A stretch of DNA of 64,000 nt, from positions 930 to 64,929 of the forward strand of contig JAYZBQ010000076.1 in NCBI GenBank assembly GCA_036338695.1, given 5' to 3'. This DNA comes from Myxococcota bacterium. Lineage in GTDB: Bacteria > Myxococcota > UBA4151. The notes beneath the pieces were generated by a model. That model saw only the letters and a program-made list of their open reading frames with translations, did no database searches and was not told the DNA's origin. Below are positions 1 through 9,323 of the stretch, piece by piece (position 1 is the first letter of the stretch; the number at the start of each line of letters is the position of its first letter). The translations under genes and the position numbers were made by a program.

Positions 1-1
1 G

Positions 2-427
2 CTCGAGGGGATTACGTCGTTCGCTAGCCCTTCGACCGTCCTGAGTCAGACGCAAGACGGTTACGCTGCGGGCTCGCTCGTCGGGGTCGAAATCGACGAA
101 GAGGGCGTCATGAACGCTCGCTACTCGAACGGGCGCACCTTCCAAGGCGGACGCGTGATCCTCGCCAAATTCAATTCGAAGGACGGGCTCCGGCGGGTGG
201 GCGAGAACCTCTTTGTCGAGAGTCAGGCGTCAGGGCCGGCGGCGCTCGCTGAGGCGGCGACAGGCGGTCGAGGCGTGGTGCACCAGGGGACGCTTGAGCA
301 AAGCAACGTCGACATCTCCGAAGAGTTTATCGACATGATCCGCTTTCAGCGCGCCTTTCAGGCGAACTCAAGGACGGTAACGACCACCGACGAGCTGTTG
401 GTGGAGGTCGTGAACCTCAAGCGCTAG
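2..427 (+). CDS. Flagellar hook/rod protein (FlgE/FlgG family), C-terminal fragment; gene starts upstream of the window
   Basis: Open frame from position 2 with no stop. Translation ...TQDGYAAGSLVGVEIDEEGVMNARYSNGRTFQGGRVILAKF...SNVDISEEFIDMIRFQRAFQANSRTVTTTDELLVEVVNLKR matches the conserved C-terminal DUF1078/flg_bbr_C region of FlgE/FlgG. FlgE ends ...LVNLR and FlgG ends ...LTQL, so this looks more like FlgE. Confidence 0.75.
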   Translation, partial: LEGITSFASPSTVLSQTQDGYAAGSLVGVEIDEEGVMNARYSNGRTFQGGRVILAKFNSKDGLRRVGENLFVESQASGPAALAEAATGGRGVVHQGTLEQSNVDISEEFIDMIRFQRAFQANSRTVTTTDELLVEVVNLKR

Positions 428-1313
428 GCTGAGCTAAGCTGAGCGCGGTCTCGAAGGCGATCCGGGTGCTCCCTGGGTCGCCTTCGCCGTTTTGGGCTAG
501 GTCATAGGCGGTGCCGTGATCGGGGCTGGTTCGAACAAAGGGTAGCCCGAGTGAGATCTGGCAGGCTCGGTTCGCTGTCAGCGCCTTGAAGGGAGCCAGC
601 CCTTGGTCGTGGTAGAGCGCCAGGATCGCCTCATCGCAGCGCCAGCGCGCAAAGAGTCCATCGGCCGGTAAGAAGCCACGATAGGGCACGCCGAGCTTGC
701 GGAGTTGGTCCAGCGCGTGCTCCCAGCCGAGCTCCTCGGTACCGAGCATCCCCTGCTCACCGGCGTGCGGGTTGAGGCCACAGATCGCGACCGGCTTGCT
801 GCTGGCGCGGTGCAGCGCGTGCGCGCTGGCGACGATGCGCTCAGTCGTCAGCCGCTCGCTCACCTTCGTCAAGGCGATGTGGTCCGTGGCGAGCGCAACC
901 CAACGTTCGCCTGAGCGAAAAGTCATCACCAGCTCGGCGCTTGGATAACGCGCCCGAAACCACTCGGTGTGTCCGGCGTAGGGCGCGCCCGCTGCCTGGA
1001 GCTGCGCCTTGTTGACCGGTAGGGTCACGAGCGCATCGGCGCCTCGGTCATCCATCACCTCAAGCGCTTGCAGCAGAGCGTCTGTCTGGATGCGAGCGCC
1101 TGCGGGGCAGGGCGCGCCTCGACGAGTCTCACCGCGTTGCCGCCCGATCAGGTGCCGCCGACCCGACAGCCGCAGTCCGCTTGCGCGCCACAAATCAGGG
1201 GGCCCAGTCAGCGCGACATCCCACGAGGCCGCTTGCGGCGCGTTCAAGACCTCGACCGCCATCGCCGGACCAATCCCCGAGGGGTCGCCGCAGCTGACGA
1301 TGAGCCGAGCCAT
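417..1313 (-). CDS. pdxA: 4-hydroxythreonine-4-phosphate dehydrogenase PdxA
   Basis: 298 aa. N-terminus MARLIVSCGDPSGIGP and downstream ICGLNPHAGE, GLPFVRTSPDHGTAYD are classic PdxA motifs. It sits immediately downstream of a surA-like gene, as in the enterobacterial surA-pdxA arrangement. Confidence 0.9.
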   Translation of the reverse strand: MARLIVSCGDPSGIGPAMAVEVLNAPQAASWDVALTGPPDLWRASGLRLSGRRHLIGRQRGETRRGAPCPAGARIQTDALLQALEVMDDRGADALVTLPVNKAQLQAAGAPYAGHTEWFRARYPSAELVMTFRSGERWVALATDHIALTKVSERLTTERIVASAHALHRASSKPVAICGLNPHAGEQGMLGTEELGWEHALDQLRKLGVPYRGFLPADGLFARWRCDEAILALYHDQGLAPFKALTANRACQISLGLPFVRTSPDHGTAYDLAQNGEGDPGSTRIAFETALSLAQPSA

Positions 1314-2189
1314 CTAAGGGAGCAGCTTGACCAGCGCTCTTTTGCGCGCCTGCCGCAAGGTCTCGCCGAGCGCGTCGCGCGCGTTTTTCTGTCGGAGCTG
1401 ATTGCGCAGCTGCTCGCGCTGCTCGTCGCTCTCGATCGAGCGGCGAATCGCCACGACCTGGATGAGGTGGACCCCAAACGCTGAGCGGACCGGTCCGACC
1501 ACCGCCCCTTGAGCCGCAGCGAACGCCGCCTTCTCGAAGGCCGCGTCGGTCAAGCCGAGCCCGATCCAGCCGAGATCACCGCCTTGACCGGCGCTGGGGT
1601 CTTCGCTGTTCTCGCGCGCCAGCGCCTCGAAGCGCTCACCTTGTTGGTGGCGCTCGAGCAGCGCCCGTGCGCGCTGCGTGGCGTCGATGACCTCCCAGTC
1701 TTTGGCGGAGGGGTCGAGCTGCAGCAGGATATGGCTCAAGCGACGCTGCTCGATGAGCTCGGGCTGCCGCTTGAGCGCCTGCTTCAGCTCTCGGTCGGTC
1801 ACCTGCGTCCCACGCGCCATAATGGCGCCGACTAGCTGCCGCTGGATCAGCTGTTCCTTCAGCTCGCGGCGGTAATCCTTCCAGGTGCGACCGCTCGCCT
1901 CGACGGCGCGCATGAGGGTCGCTCGATCCGGGATCTGGTTGCGCGTCTGGATCTGCTCGATGGCTTCGCTCAGCGCCTGCTCTGTGACCTCGATCCCGCG
2001 CCGACGAGCCTCGGCTTGGAGCAGTCGCCGCTCGATCAGCGCCTCCACCGCCGCTTGCGTATCCGATGCGTTGCCTAGCTCGGACAAAAGAATGGGCTGA
2101 CCGTCGACCACGGCGACCACGCGATCGACCAGCTCCGGACCGCTCAAGAGACCCGCAAGTCCGACCGAGAGCGCCAGCACGTGGATCAT
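1314..2189 (-). CDS. surA: SurA-like periplasmic chaperone with parvulin-type PPIase domain
   Basis: Parvulin signature SHILLQ...GGDLGWIGLG...FGVHLIQV. Signal-like N-terminus MIHVLALSVGLAGLL. Start chosen at the ATG at 2189, which overlaps the stop of the upstream gene as ATGA (the longer ORF begins at 2228). Synteny with pdxA. Confidence 0.6.
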   Translation of the reverse strand: MIHVLALSVGLAGLLSGPELVDRVVAVVDGQPILLSELGNASDTQAAVEALIERRLLQAEARRRGIEVTEQALSEAIEQIQTRNQIPDRATLMRAVEASGRTWKDYRRELKEQLIQRQLVGAIMARGTQVTDRELKQALKRQPELIEQRRLSHILLQLDPSAKDWEVIDATQRARALLERHQQGERFEALARENSEDPSAGQGGDLGWIGLGLTDAAFEKAAFAAAQGAVVGPVRSAFGVHLIQVVAIRRSIESDEQREQLRNQLRQKNARDALGETLRQARKRALVKLLP

Positions 2190-3103
2190 TTCGGCGCCTC
2201 CGCTGCGTCTGTGAGCCGAGCGCTCCAACTTGCGAGCGCCCCGGGCACCTTGCGGATCTTTGATGCGCTGCGCAAGCGTGCAATAAGCTGGCCCTGAAGC
2301 GCGCCTTCACGCGTGCGCAGGATAGCCCGCCGGGCGCGGTCTTCGCTCGATCGCCCCTGCGCTTGAAGTCGCTCGAGCTTGAGGACATGCCAGCCGTGTT
2401 CGCTGCGCAGAGGTTGACTGACCTCCCCCGGTTTGAGGCTGAAGGCTTGGTCGAACACCGACGGGAGCTCACCGCGCGCATAGGGGGGGAGGAGCCCGCC
2501 TTGTTGTGCTTCGGGAGCCGTGCTGAAGCGGCGGACGAGGTCGGCAAACGAGAACCGCTTCTTCTTAAGCAAGGAGAGCGCCTTGTTCGCGTCGCTCTCG
2601 CTCGCAGTGAGCAGGTGGCGAACGATGACCTTCTCCTCGGTTGGATGTTTCGCAATCCAAGCGGCGATCGCTTGCTCGGTGACGGGCTGAGCGTCGGCGG
2701 CTTGTTTGAGGAGGGCTTGCGCTAAGAGCCGCAGCTCAGCCCGCTCTTGCAAGTCTACAGGGCGCAGCGCCAACTGATCGAGCGCCCGGCGAAAACGGTG
2801 CCTTGGGTAGCGCCGTTGCAGCGCAGCCACGGCGCGCTCGATCGCGTCGGGCGTCAGTTTGATGTTCTGCCTTCGCGCCTCTTGCGCTAAAAGCTGAAGC
2901 TCGATCTCGTCCTCGAGTAAGCGCTCAAGGACCGCCCCCCAGTCCTGCGGATCCAGCACAGCATACTGTCGAAGCGCCCGCAGCATCAGCGCTTCGCCGC
3001 GGATGGGGAGCGCGTCGACGAAGGCGACGATTTCAGGCGCTTGGGCAGGCGGCTCGGGTTGACAAGCCCCCAGCGCAGCGAGGCTGGTGACGAGCAGCCG
3101 CAT
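2186..3103 (-). CDS. Parvulin-type PPIase chaperone lipoprotein (SurA/PpiD family paralogue)
   Basis: Lipoprotein signal MRLLVTSLAALGAC. Parvulin core VRHLLTASE...GGLLPPYARGEL...HGWHVLKLE. Confidence 0.6.
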   Translation of the reverse strand: MRLLVTSLAALGACQPEPPAQAPEIVAFVDALPIRGEALMLRALRQYAVLDPQDWGAVLERLLEDEIELQLLAQEARRQNIKLTPDAIERAVAALQRRYPRHRFRRALDQLALRPVDLQERAELRLLAQALLKQAADAQPVTEQAIAAWIAKHPTEEKVIVRHLLTASESDANKALSLLKKKRFSFADLVRRFSTAPEAQQGGLLPPYARGELPSVFDQAFSLKPGEVSQPLRSEHGWHVLKLERLQAQGRSSEDRARRAILRTREGALQGQLIARLRSASKIRKVPGALASWSARLTDAAEAPK

Positions 3104-3106
3104 CGT

Positions 3107-4204
3107 TTACTTGTTGGGCTGGTTGACGCCTTTACCCGGGGTGATGGTCAGGGTCTTCTTTTTGCCGTGTCCGTGCCCGTGCCCGTGCCCGTGTCCGCCG
3201 CCATGCTTGTGTCCGAAATGACCGGCCCCAGGGGTTGCGGGTGGGACGCTTTTGGGCGTCGCCGGCTTGGCGATCTTGATGGACTCAAGGGCGGCGTCGT
3301 CGAGCGAGTACGTCGTTTTGGCGCGCAGCTCTTCAAGGTACGTCTTCATCGTGTCGCGGCGCTGCTTGCGGTAAATGCGGTGCCGGATCTGTTCCTTGAC
3401 GTCCTTGAACTCCTGAGAGTGGGCGTGGCGCCGACCGGTCAAGCGGAACAGATGCCAGCCCTCTTTGCCCTCAAGTACAGTCGTCATCGTGTTGATTTTC
3501 GGGAGATTCCAGATGGTCTTGGCGATGGCGTCGCCGAAGCGTTCCTGGAGCTGGGGCTCGGTGAGGTAGCGCAGGTCACCGCCGATGGCTTTGGTGCTGT
3601 CGTCGTCGCTCGCCTCAGCCGCTTTTTTACGGAACAGGCCGCGGTCTTTCTTGATGCCCGCTTTAAGGTCGGCCTCAACCTGCTCAAGCGCCTTCTTTGC
3701 GAACTCTTTCTTGCCCAAGAATTTCTTGTAGATGTGGCTGACGCGGACGGCGCCGGGCTTGTGGTAGTCGTCGTAGTGCTCATCGTAGTACTTCTTCGCC
3801 TGGGCTTCGTCGATGGCGTCGAAGTTGGTCCGCTCTTCGACCGTTCGACGGCTCAACTCTTGCGCCAGCGCGCTCTGCAGCGTGTCGATCACCTTCTCGT
3901 CTTTGTGCAGGTTCAACCGGATCGCTTCTTGCGCTAGAAGCGCTTTGTCCATCAGGTGCTCGATGTACTCTTTGCGCCGCTCTTTGCTCTGGTAGCGAGC
4001 GCGCACGAACGGGGTCATGGCGTTGATCTTTTTCTCCATCGCTTCAACGGTGAGCCGCTGGTCCCCGATGGTTGCGAGGGTCGTGCCCTCGTCGCCTTGG
4101 CTCGCAAAGAGGTCTGCACCACCACTCGGTGCGGGGGGCGTCGCCGCCGGTTGCGGCTGACAGGCGCTGACCAGGGCGATCGCAAGGACGAAAGATCGAT
4201 ACAT
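3107..4204 (-). CDS. Parvulin-type PPIase chaperone lipoprotein with His-Gly-rich C-terminal tail
   Basis: Lipoprotein signal MYRSFVLAIALVSAC with GGAG 7 nt upstream of the ATG at 4204. Parvulin core VRVSHIYKKF...GGDLRYLTEPQL. C-terminus HFGHKHGGGHGHGHGHGHGKKK. Confidence 0.6.
   Translation of the reverse strand: MYRSFVLAIALVSACQPQPAATPPAPSGGADLFASQGDEGTTLATIGDQRLTVEAMEKKINAMTPFVRARYQSKERRKEYIEHLMDKALLAQEAIRLNLHKDEKVIDTLQSALAQELSRRTVEERTNFDAIDEAQAKKYYDEHYDDYHKPGAVRVSHIYKKFLGKKEFAKKALEQVEADLKAGIKKDRGLFRKKAAEASDDDSTKAIGGDLRYLTEPQLQERFGDAIAKTIWNLPKINTMTTVLEGKEGWHLFRLTGRRHAHSQEFKDVKEQIRHRIYRKQRRDTMKTYLEELRAKTTYSLDDAALESIKIAKPATPKSVPPATPGAGHFGHKHGGGHGHGHGHGHGKKKTLTITPGKGVNQPNK
3164..3200. repeat. 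(GTGCCC)n hexanucleotide microsatellite encoding the (HG)n tail of the third parvulin chaperone
   Basis: gtgtccgtgcccgtgcccgtgcccgtgtcc is read directly; on the minus strand it encodes GHGHGHGHGHG. It is coding sequence, not a CRISPR array. Confidence 0.6.
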
Positions 4205-4282
4205 GATGACTCCACATCGCAACGTTTGCGGGGCACTCGCTATCAGAGCCCGCGCCGTGCATCAATCGTTGAACTGGCGTCT

Positions 4283-4822
4283 TTATTCCGCACCATCGGA
4301 CGGGTGATTGATGTTGAGCAGGTGATCGTTCGGGATCTGCAACCCCGCCGGGTCGATGCGGCGCGCCTTGAGCTCCTGGAGGCAAGCCTTGAGCGAGGGC
4401 GCTGAGGTTGTGAGGAATTGGGCGTCGATCAGGCAGGGGAGCGTGGCCAGCGAGTCACCGAGTACCGCGGCGCCGCTCGGCGCTGCCTCGATGAAGACTT
4501 GAAGATCGCTCGAGGTCAGGCGCGGCATATCCACAGCGATCACCAGCGCGCGCACGCTGTGATCACAGAGCCAGTAGCGAAGCGCCTCTGCGGGACCCTG
4601 TCCAGGATCGCTGCTGACCTCCACGCCGTGCCCTACGCGCGACCAGAATCGATGAGGTGAGCGCCCTGCGAGCAAGACGACTCGATCGGTGACCTGCTTG
4701 AGTTGAGCGATCGCTCGGTCGACCAAGGGGAGCCCTTCGAAGGGCGCAAGCGCTTTGTCCTCGCCGTAGCGTGTCGACAAACCGCCGCATAGGACCACGC
4801 CGACTAAGCGATCTTTTCCCAT
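4283..4822 (-). CDS. mobA: Molybdenum cofactor guanylyltransferase MobA
   Basis: MGKDRLVGVVLCGGLSTRYGEDKALAPFEGLPLVD is the MobA N-terminal nucleotide-binding motif. The ATG at 4822 was chosen over the longer ORF to 4903. It overlaps the moeA stop by 19 nt. Confidence 0.7.
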   Translation of the reverse strand: MGKDRLVGVVLCGGLSTRYGEDKALAPFEGLPLVDRAIAQLKQVTDRVVLLAGRSPHRFWSRVGHGVEVSSDPGQGPAEALRYWLCDHSVRALVIAVDMPRLTSSDLQVFIEAAPSGAAVLGDSLATLPCLIDAQFLTTSAPSLKACLQELKARRIDPAGLQIPNDHLLNINHPSDGAE

Positions 4823-6027
4823 TGCGCCTCCGGCGGTTGGGTGGCGTCGGGGCCAAACAGCGCAAGGTAGAGCGCTGGCGCGCCCGCTGGCAGCGCGTCG
4901 CAATGCGCTGGGCGAGCCACGAGCGCGTTCACGCCGAGCAGCGAGCTGAGGTCACCTGACCCTTGGCGAGCGTGGACGTTGAGGCGACCATGTCTGAGCT
5001 GAGCGCGTAGGAGCTCATGCCGCTGCCGCCCACCGGGCAAAGGGGCCTGGCACGGGGCGCTGTAGAGGCTGCGGTGAAGGCGGCGAGCCCCCTGCATGGC
5101 CCGGATCACCGGGCGCGCAAACAACTCAAAGCTGACCATCGTCGAGGCTGGGTTGCCGGGCAGGCCGAGCACAACACATCCCCCACATTGAGCGGCAATG
5201 ACGGGTTTGCCCGGCTTCATCCTGACCTTGTAAAACATCAACGCGTCGGCGCGCGCTCGAAGCGCTGCGCCGACATGGTCATGATCGCCGACGCTGACAC
5301 CGCCCGACAGCAACACGAGATCAGCCTGCTGGGTGATGCGATCAAGCGCCCTGTCGACGTCGGCGCGATGATCGCTTAGGTGAAGCGATTCGATGATCGC
5401 CCCCCCCGCCTGTTGCGCCGCCTGCTCAAGGAAGAGCGCGTTGCCATTATAGACCTGCCCGGCCTGGCGCGATCGCCCGAGCGGGATCACCTCGTCGCCG
5501 GTCGAGATGATCGCCACGCGCGGCGCTCGATGGCAGCGGACGGTCTCGATCCCTAGCCCGCCCAGCGCCGCAAGATCACTCGGTGTGAGCGGCTCTCCCG
5601 CTGCCGTGAGCAGGTCGCCTGCGCGCAGGTCTGAGCCGGCGGCGCGGACGTGCTGTCCTTTGATGAGGGGCGCGATCGATGAGAGCTGCTCGCCCTGACG
5701 GTGGGCATTTTCTTGGATCAGGACGCTGTCGGTCCCCTCAGGCAGCACACCGCCTGTAAAGATCCGGACCGCTTGATGCTCACGGACCGCTCGATCGAAG
5801 AGCTTTCCAGCGGCTGCTTCGCCCACCACCGACCAGGGCCCAGCTCCCGCCGCAAGGGCGTAGCCGTCCATCGCTGAGTTCGCCTCATGCGGGTAAGCGC
5901 CTGGCGCGTGCACGCCCGCGGAGAGGATGCGTCCTAGCGAGCGAGAGACCGCGACCGACTCATCTTCTTTGGGGCTGACCTGCTCGAGCAACAGCTCGAG
6001 CGCTCGATCGATCGAGAGCAGCGCCAT
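4804..6027 (-). CDS. moeA: Molybdopterin molybdenumtransferase MoeA
   Basis: 407 aa with MoeA N-terminal, MoCF-biosynthesis (GGVSVGDHD) and C-terminal domains; adjacent to mobA. Confidence 0.85.
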   Translation of the reverse strand: MALLSIDRALELLLEQVSPKEDESVAVSRSLGRILSAGVHAPGAYPHEANSAMDGYALAAGAGPWSVVGEAAAGKLFDRAVREHQAVRIFTGGVLPEGTDSVLIQENAHRQGEQLSSIAPLIKGQHVRAAGSDLRAGDLLTAAGEPLTPSDLAALGGLGIETVRCHRAPRVAIISTGDEVIPLGRSRQAGQVYNGNALFLEQAAQQAGGAIIESLHLSDHRADVDRALDRITQQADLVLLSGGVSVGDHDHVGAALRARADALMFYKVRMKPGKPVIAAQCGGCVVLGLPGNPASTMVSFELFARPVIRAMQGARRLHRSLYSAPCQAPLPGGRQRHELLRAQLRHGRLNVHARQGSGDLSSLLGVNALVARPAHCDALPAGAPALYLALFGPDATQPPEAQWEKIA

Positions 6028-6029
6028 GT

Positions 6030-7208
6030 CTAACGCCTTTTGTGAGCCGGGATCGGGATGATCAGCTTTTGACCCAGGCGAAGGGTGGTGCGCGTGGTGA
6101 TGTTGTTGGCGCGTGCGATCTCAAGAACCTTAGCGCCCCAGCGCTTCGCAATCCCCGACAAGGTATCGCCTCGCCGGATCCGATAGGTCTGGATGAAGCG
6201 GTTGTCTTCAACAGGGAGCTTGGCGAGCTCATCGGCGCAGGTCTCGGGTGTCGCCTTGGGTAGTCGCAGATTGAAGGCCTTGCCGTACAGGTGTTTGGGG
6301 GGTGTGATGCCTTGCTTGAGCGTTGGGTTGAGCTGCCAGAGCGTGGCGCCATCGATGCCGCAGACTTGGGCTATCTTTTCGAGCGAGAGGGGACGCTCGA
6401 TCGGCATCAGCCGCGTCTCGATGACCTCGTCTGGGCTCGGCGGTCGAAAGCCATAATGTTCCGGTCTCTGCGCCAGGGTGGCGGCGGCGAGCAGCTTGGG
6501 CACGTAGTTGCGCGTCTCGGTCGGTAGCTCGGAGGAGATGGCCCAAAAGTCACGCTCTCCGGTGCGTGTCTGCGCTCGCCGCACGCGCCCGGGGCCGGCG
6601 TTGTAAGCTGCCCACGCGAGGTACCAGTCATCGAAGCGATCATGAAGCGCCAAGAGGTACCGCGCCGCCGCCCGGGTGGCTTGGTCAAGGTCGGCTCGCT
6701 CATCGACAAAATGACCGGTTTTGAGCCCAAAGGAGCGGGCGGTCGCAGGGATGAACTGCCAGACCCCTTGAGCGCCTGCTCGGGAGCGAGCGCGTGCGCG
6801 AAAACCCGACTCGATCATTGCCAGATAGACCAAGTCCCGCGGCGCGCCGACCTCCTCAAGGATGGGGCGAAGCTTTGGGATGAAGACCGCTGAGCGATCG
6901 AGCCAATGCTGAAAGGTGCGCCGGCCTCGCCCCGTGAAGAAGCGAATGTATGCCTCGACACGCGGGTTCGTGGTCCAGGGGATATCGAGCGCCGGCGGTG
7001 TCCCTGATGAGTGGCTCGAGAGCGCCTGGACCGGCCAGTGCGCCCCGCGCCCGATCGCCCTTTTGAGCTTCCAACCGCGCACCGGCTGGCTCTGGGCGAC
7101 GCTGCGGCGCGCCTCGTCGGCGAAGAAGGCGCGCTCCATGGCGCGCATCGAGACCATCTCATCGACCCCTGCGACAGCGCCGAGCACGATCCAGGTGGCG
7201 GCGATCAT
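6030..7208 (-). CDS. Lytic murein transglycosylase with C-terminal LysM domain (MltD-like)
   Basis: SLT catalytic region ...AMIESGFRARARSRAGAQGVWQFIPATARSFGL. C-terminal LysM: YRIRRGDTLSGIAKRWGAKVLEIARANNI. Confidence 0.75.
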   Translation of the reverse strand: MIAATWIVLGAVAGVDEMVSMRAMERAFFADEARRSVAQSQPVRGWKLKRAIGRGAHWPVQALSSHSSGTPPALDIPWTTNPRVEAYIRFFTGRGRRTFQHWLDRSAVFIPKLRPILEEVGAPRDLVYLAMIESGFRARARSRAGAQGVWQFIPATARSFGLKTGHFVDERADLDQATRAAARYLLALHDRFDDWYLAWAAYNAGPGRVRRAQTRTGERDFWAISSELPTETRNYVPKLLAAATLAQRPEHYGFRPPSPDEVIETRLMPIERPLSLEKIAQVCGIDGATLWQLNPTLKQGITPPKHLYGKAFNLRLPKATPETCADELAKLPVEDNRFIQTYRIRRGDTLSGIAKRWGAKVLEIARANNITTRTTLRLGQKLIIPIPAHKRR

Positions 7209-8659
7209 GGCGCCGCCTGATGGCCTGGCCCGAGGACGCGCTGGAGCCGGTCTTCATAGACAAAGGTGTTGGTGTGAGGAGGATGATGGCACTGGGTGCA
7301 GTCCTCGGCTGACACCTTGCGCTTGATCGGCCCCTTGCCTGCTTGAGCGATGTGCAGTGAGCCTGGCCCGTGGCAGCTCTCACAGCCCACGTTGACGCGC
7401 GCTCCGGCTTCGCTCACGCGGCAGAACCCGCCTGGCTGCTCAAAGCCTGCGCTGTGGCACCCCACGCAGGTGTAGTCGTAGGTGCGCCCTTTCTGCTCGA
7501 GCGTCGCCCAGGCTTTGGCGTGTGGGGTCTTCTTCCACAAGGCATAGGCTTCTTGGTGACAACCCTGACAGGCGACGCTGCCTACATACTGCGCTTGGTC
7601 TGGGGCGTCGGTTTGAGGACACTGACGCGTGCTCTCGAGCTGCTTGTTCAAGGTGCTGATCGCCCGGTGGTGTGATTGGATCGCTTGGTTCATCGTCTCG
7701 TTTTGAGCGATGCTTGAATCGAGCGGGACGCGCTGACCCGACAGCGAGCTGCCCTGTTCAGGAGGCTTGGGCAGAGGCGTCTCGAGCAGGCGTTTGCGCT
7801 GCGCCTTCGCCCGTTCTACCTGCGCGGTCCGCGCAGCGAGCAGCGCAGGTGGTTTTTGGCGTACTTTGGCGCGGTCGCGCTGCTTGACCAGCCCCTCGAT
7901 TCGAGCCTGCATCGCGTCGAGCGCAGCTTGCCGCTCGCCAGCGCCTTCAAGGCGGATCAACGAACCGCCTCGCCAGGTCAGGGTGACGTCGAGCAGCTTC
8001 TGACCCCGCTCGCCTCCTACTAGCGCATAGAGTCCTTCCGCGAGCTCGCTGATCGCCGGCTCTTCGTGGGGCTTGGACGGGATCACGAGGTCGACTCCAG
8101 CTGCTTGGAGCGCAGCAGCCTGCGCCTTGGCCTCCTTGAGGTCGCCGTCAAAGAGCATGACCACCGGTCTTTTCGGGTCGAGCTTTTGGGTGATGCGACC
8201 GCGAACGAATTGGATCCCTTGAGCGGTGCGCAGCGCGTCGCGCTCGAGCCAGGGCGTCTCGGTCACCGTGCGCAGCGCCTTCGCGTCGCGCTCAAGCGCC
8301 TCGTCGTCCTCTCCAAAGCCTGATATGACCAGGCCGAGACCGAGCAGTTGTCGCTGCAAAAACTCACCCGCCTTCCTGATCTGAGGGACCGAGCCTACGC
8401 TGAACTTACCGGGGCTGATCAGGTCGCCATGGGCGATCAAGACAGGGGTTTGCGCTGGGTCTTTGTGTTGGTCGAGGTAGGTGGCGAGCCGGGCCAGCCC
8501 ACCGAGCGGTTCGAGGCTGCAGCCGCAGGGCTCGAGCTCGCCTTGAAGTTGCGTGAGGATGAACAGGCGATAGTGACTCGGTTGCGGCTCCGAGCTGACT
8601 TTTGTCGACGAGCAGGACTGGACGACGGCCAGCCCGGTCAGTAGCCAAAGTGTGCGCAT
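7205..8659 (-). CDS. Multihaem c-type cytochrome lipoprotein (four CXXCH motifs, c554-like C-terminal domain) with a non-haem N-terminal domain and coiled coil
   Basis: CQGCH, CVGCH, CESCH and CTQCH sit in the last ~130 aa. Lipoprotein signal MRTLWLLTGLAVVQSCSS from the ATG at 8659 (the longer ORF to 8857 looks like run-on). The central region is Ala/Arg/Lys/Gln-rich and helical. Confidence 0.6.
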   Translation of the reverse strand: MRTLWLLTGLAVVQSCSSTKVSSEPQPSHYRLFILTQLQGELEPCGCSLEPLGGLARLATYLDQHKDPAQTPVLIAHGDLISPGKFSVGSVPQIRKAGEFLQRQLLGLGLVISGFGEDDEALERDAKALRTVTETPWLERDALRTAQGIQFVRGRITQKLDPKRPVVMLFDGDLKEAKAQAAALQAAGVDLVIPSKPHEEPAISELAEGLYALVGGERGQKLLDVTLTWRGGSLIRLEGAGERQAALDAMQARIEGLVKQRDRAKVRQKPPALLAARTAQVERAKAQRKRLLETPLPKPPEQGSSLSGQRVPLDSSIAQNETMNQAIQSHHRAISTLNKQLESTRQCPQTDAPDQAQYVGSVACQGCHQEAYALWKKTPHAKAWATLEQKGRTYDYTCVGCHSAGFEQPGGFCRVSEAGARVNVGCESCHGPGSLHIAQAGKGPIKRKVSAEDCTQCHHPPHTNTFVYEDRLQRVLGPGHQAAP

Positions 8660-8726
8660 ACGCGAAATCCAGCTCCTCGGTGTCTGCTCTGTGAACCCCT
8701 GAGCGCTTAAGCGAAAGAGGTCTACT

Positions 8727-9323
8727 TTGGAACCGCTTCCTCTCGCACTGACCGTCTTGTCCGCTCTGCTCGGTTCGATCCCCTTTGGTCTCATCCTGGC
8801 GAAATCCATGCTCGGCGTCGATCTCAAAGCGATGGGTTCGGGCAACATTGGCGCCACGAACGCCGCTCGAGCGGGCGGCGCAGGCTTTGGCGTGCTGATT
8901 CTTCTCCTCGATGCGCTTAAGGGTTTTGTCGCTCCATTTATTCTTCACCAGCTCGGCGCCACAGACCATTGGGTCGCTGCGGCCGGTCTGGCGGCTGTTC
9001 TCGGCCACTGCTACACGCCCTTTTTGGGGTGGCATGGCGGGAAGGGGGTGGCGACCAGCCTAGGGGTTATCTTCGCATTCGAGCCCTGGCTTGGTGGGGT
9101 CGGACTCGCCACCTATGCAGCGGTTCTAGCGCTCTTTCGTACCAGCGCGATCGGTAGCCTCGCCGGCACCGGCGTCTGCGTGGCGGTGGCGTGGGTTAGC
9201 CCGGCGTTCTCTGGTCGCCTTGCGGTTCAGGTGACATTGTCGGTGATCTGTGTCTTGATCGTTTGGCGACATCGAAGCAACCTAGCGGCGCTGAGTCAGA
9301 AATCGGATAGCGGATCGGTATGA
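8727..9323 (+). CDS. plsY: Glycerol-3-phosphate acyltransferase PlsY
   Basis: 198 aa polytopic membrane protein; GSGNIGATNAARAGG and the overall PlsY signature. Confidence 0.9.
   Translation: MEPLPLALTVLSALLGSIPFGLILAKSMLGVDLKAMGSGNIGATNAARAGGAGFGVLILLLDALKGFVAPFILHQLGATDHWVAAAGLAAVLGHCYTPFLGWHGGKGVATSLGVIFAFEPWLGGVGLATYAAVLALFRTSAIGSLAGTGVCVAVAWVSPAFSGRLAVQVTLSVICVLIVWRHRSNLAALSQKSDSGSV

Noticed and set aside
1636-2655. 339-aa Arg/Ala/Ser-rich ORF antisense to the SurA-like genes, plus many similar 100-350 aa ORFs (24778..25695, 29240..30007, 31015..32058, 9296..10090, 12265..13002, 53262..54008, 38945..39457)
   Set aside because: They are alternate-frame or antisense read-throughs typical of high-GC DNA: Arg/Pro/Ala-rich, with no domain signatures, and overlapping well-supported genes on the other strand or frame.
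3164-3200. Short direct repeats as a possible CRISPR array (also the TSP3-coding repeats 29140..29730 and IPT repeats 14200..15600)
   Set aside because: All lie inside open reading frames and encode peptide repeats ((HG)n, DxDxDG, IPT). No repeat-spacer periodicity and no cas genes.
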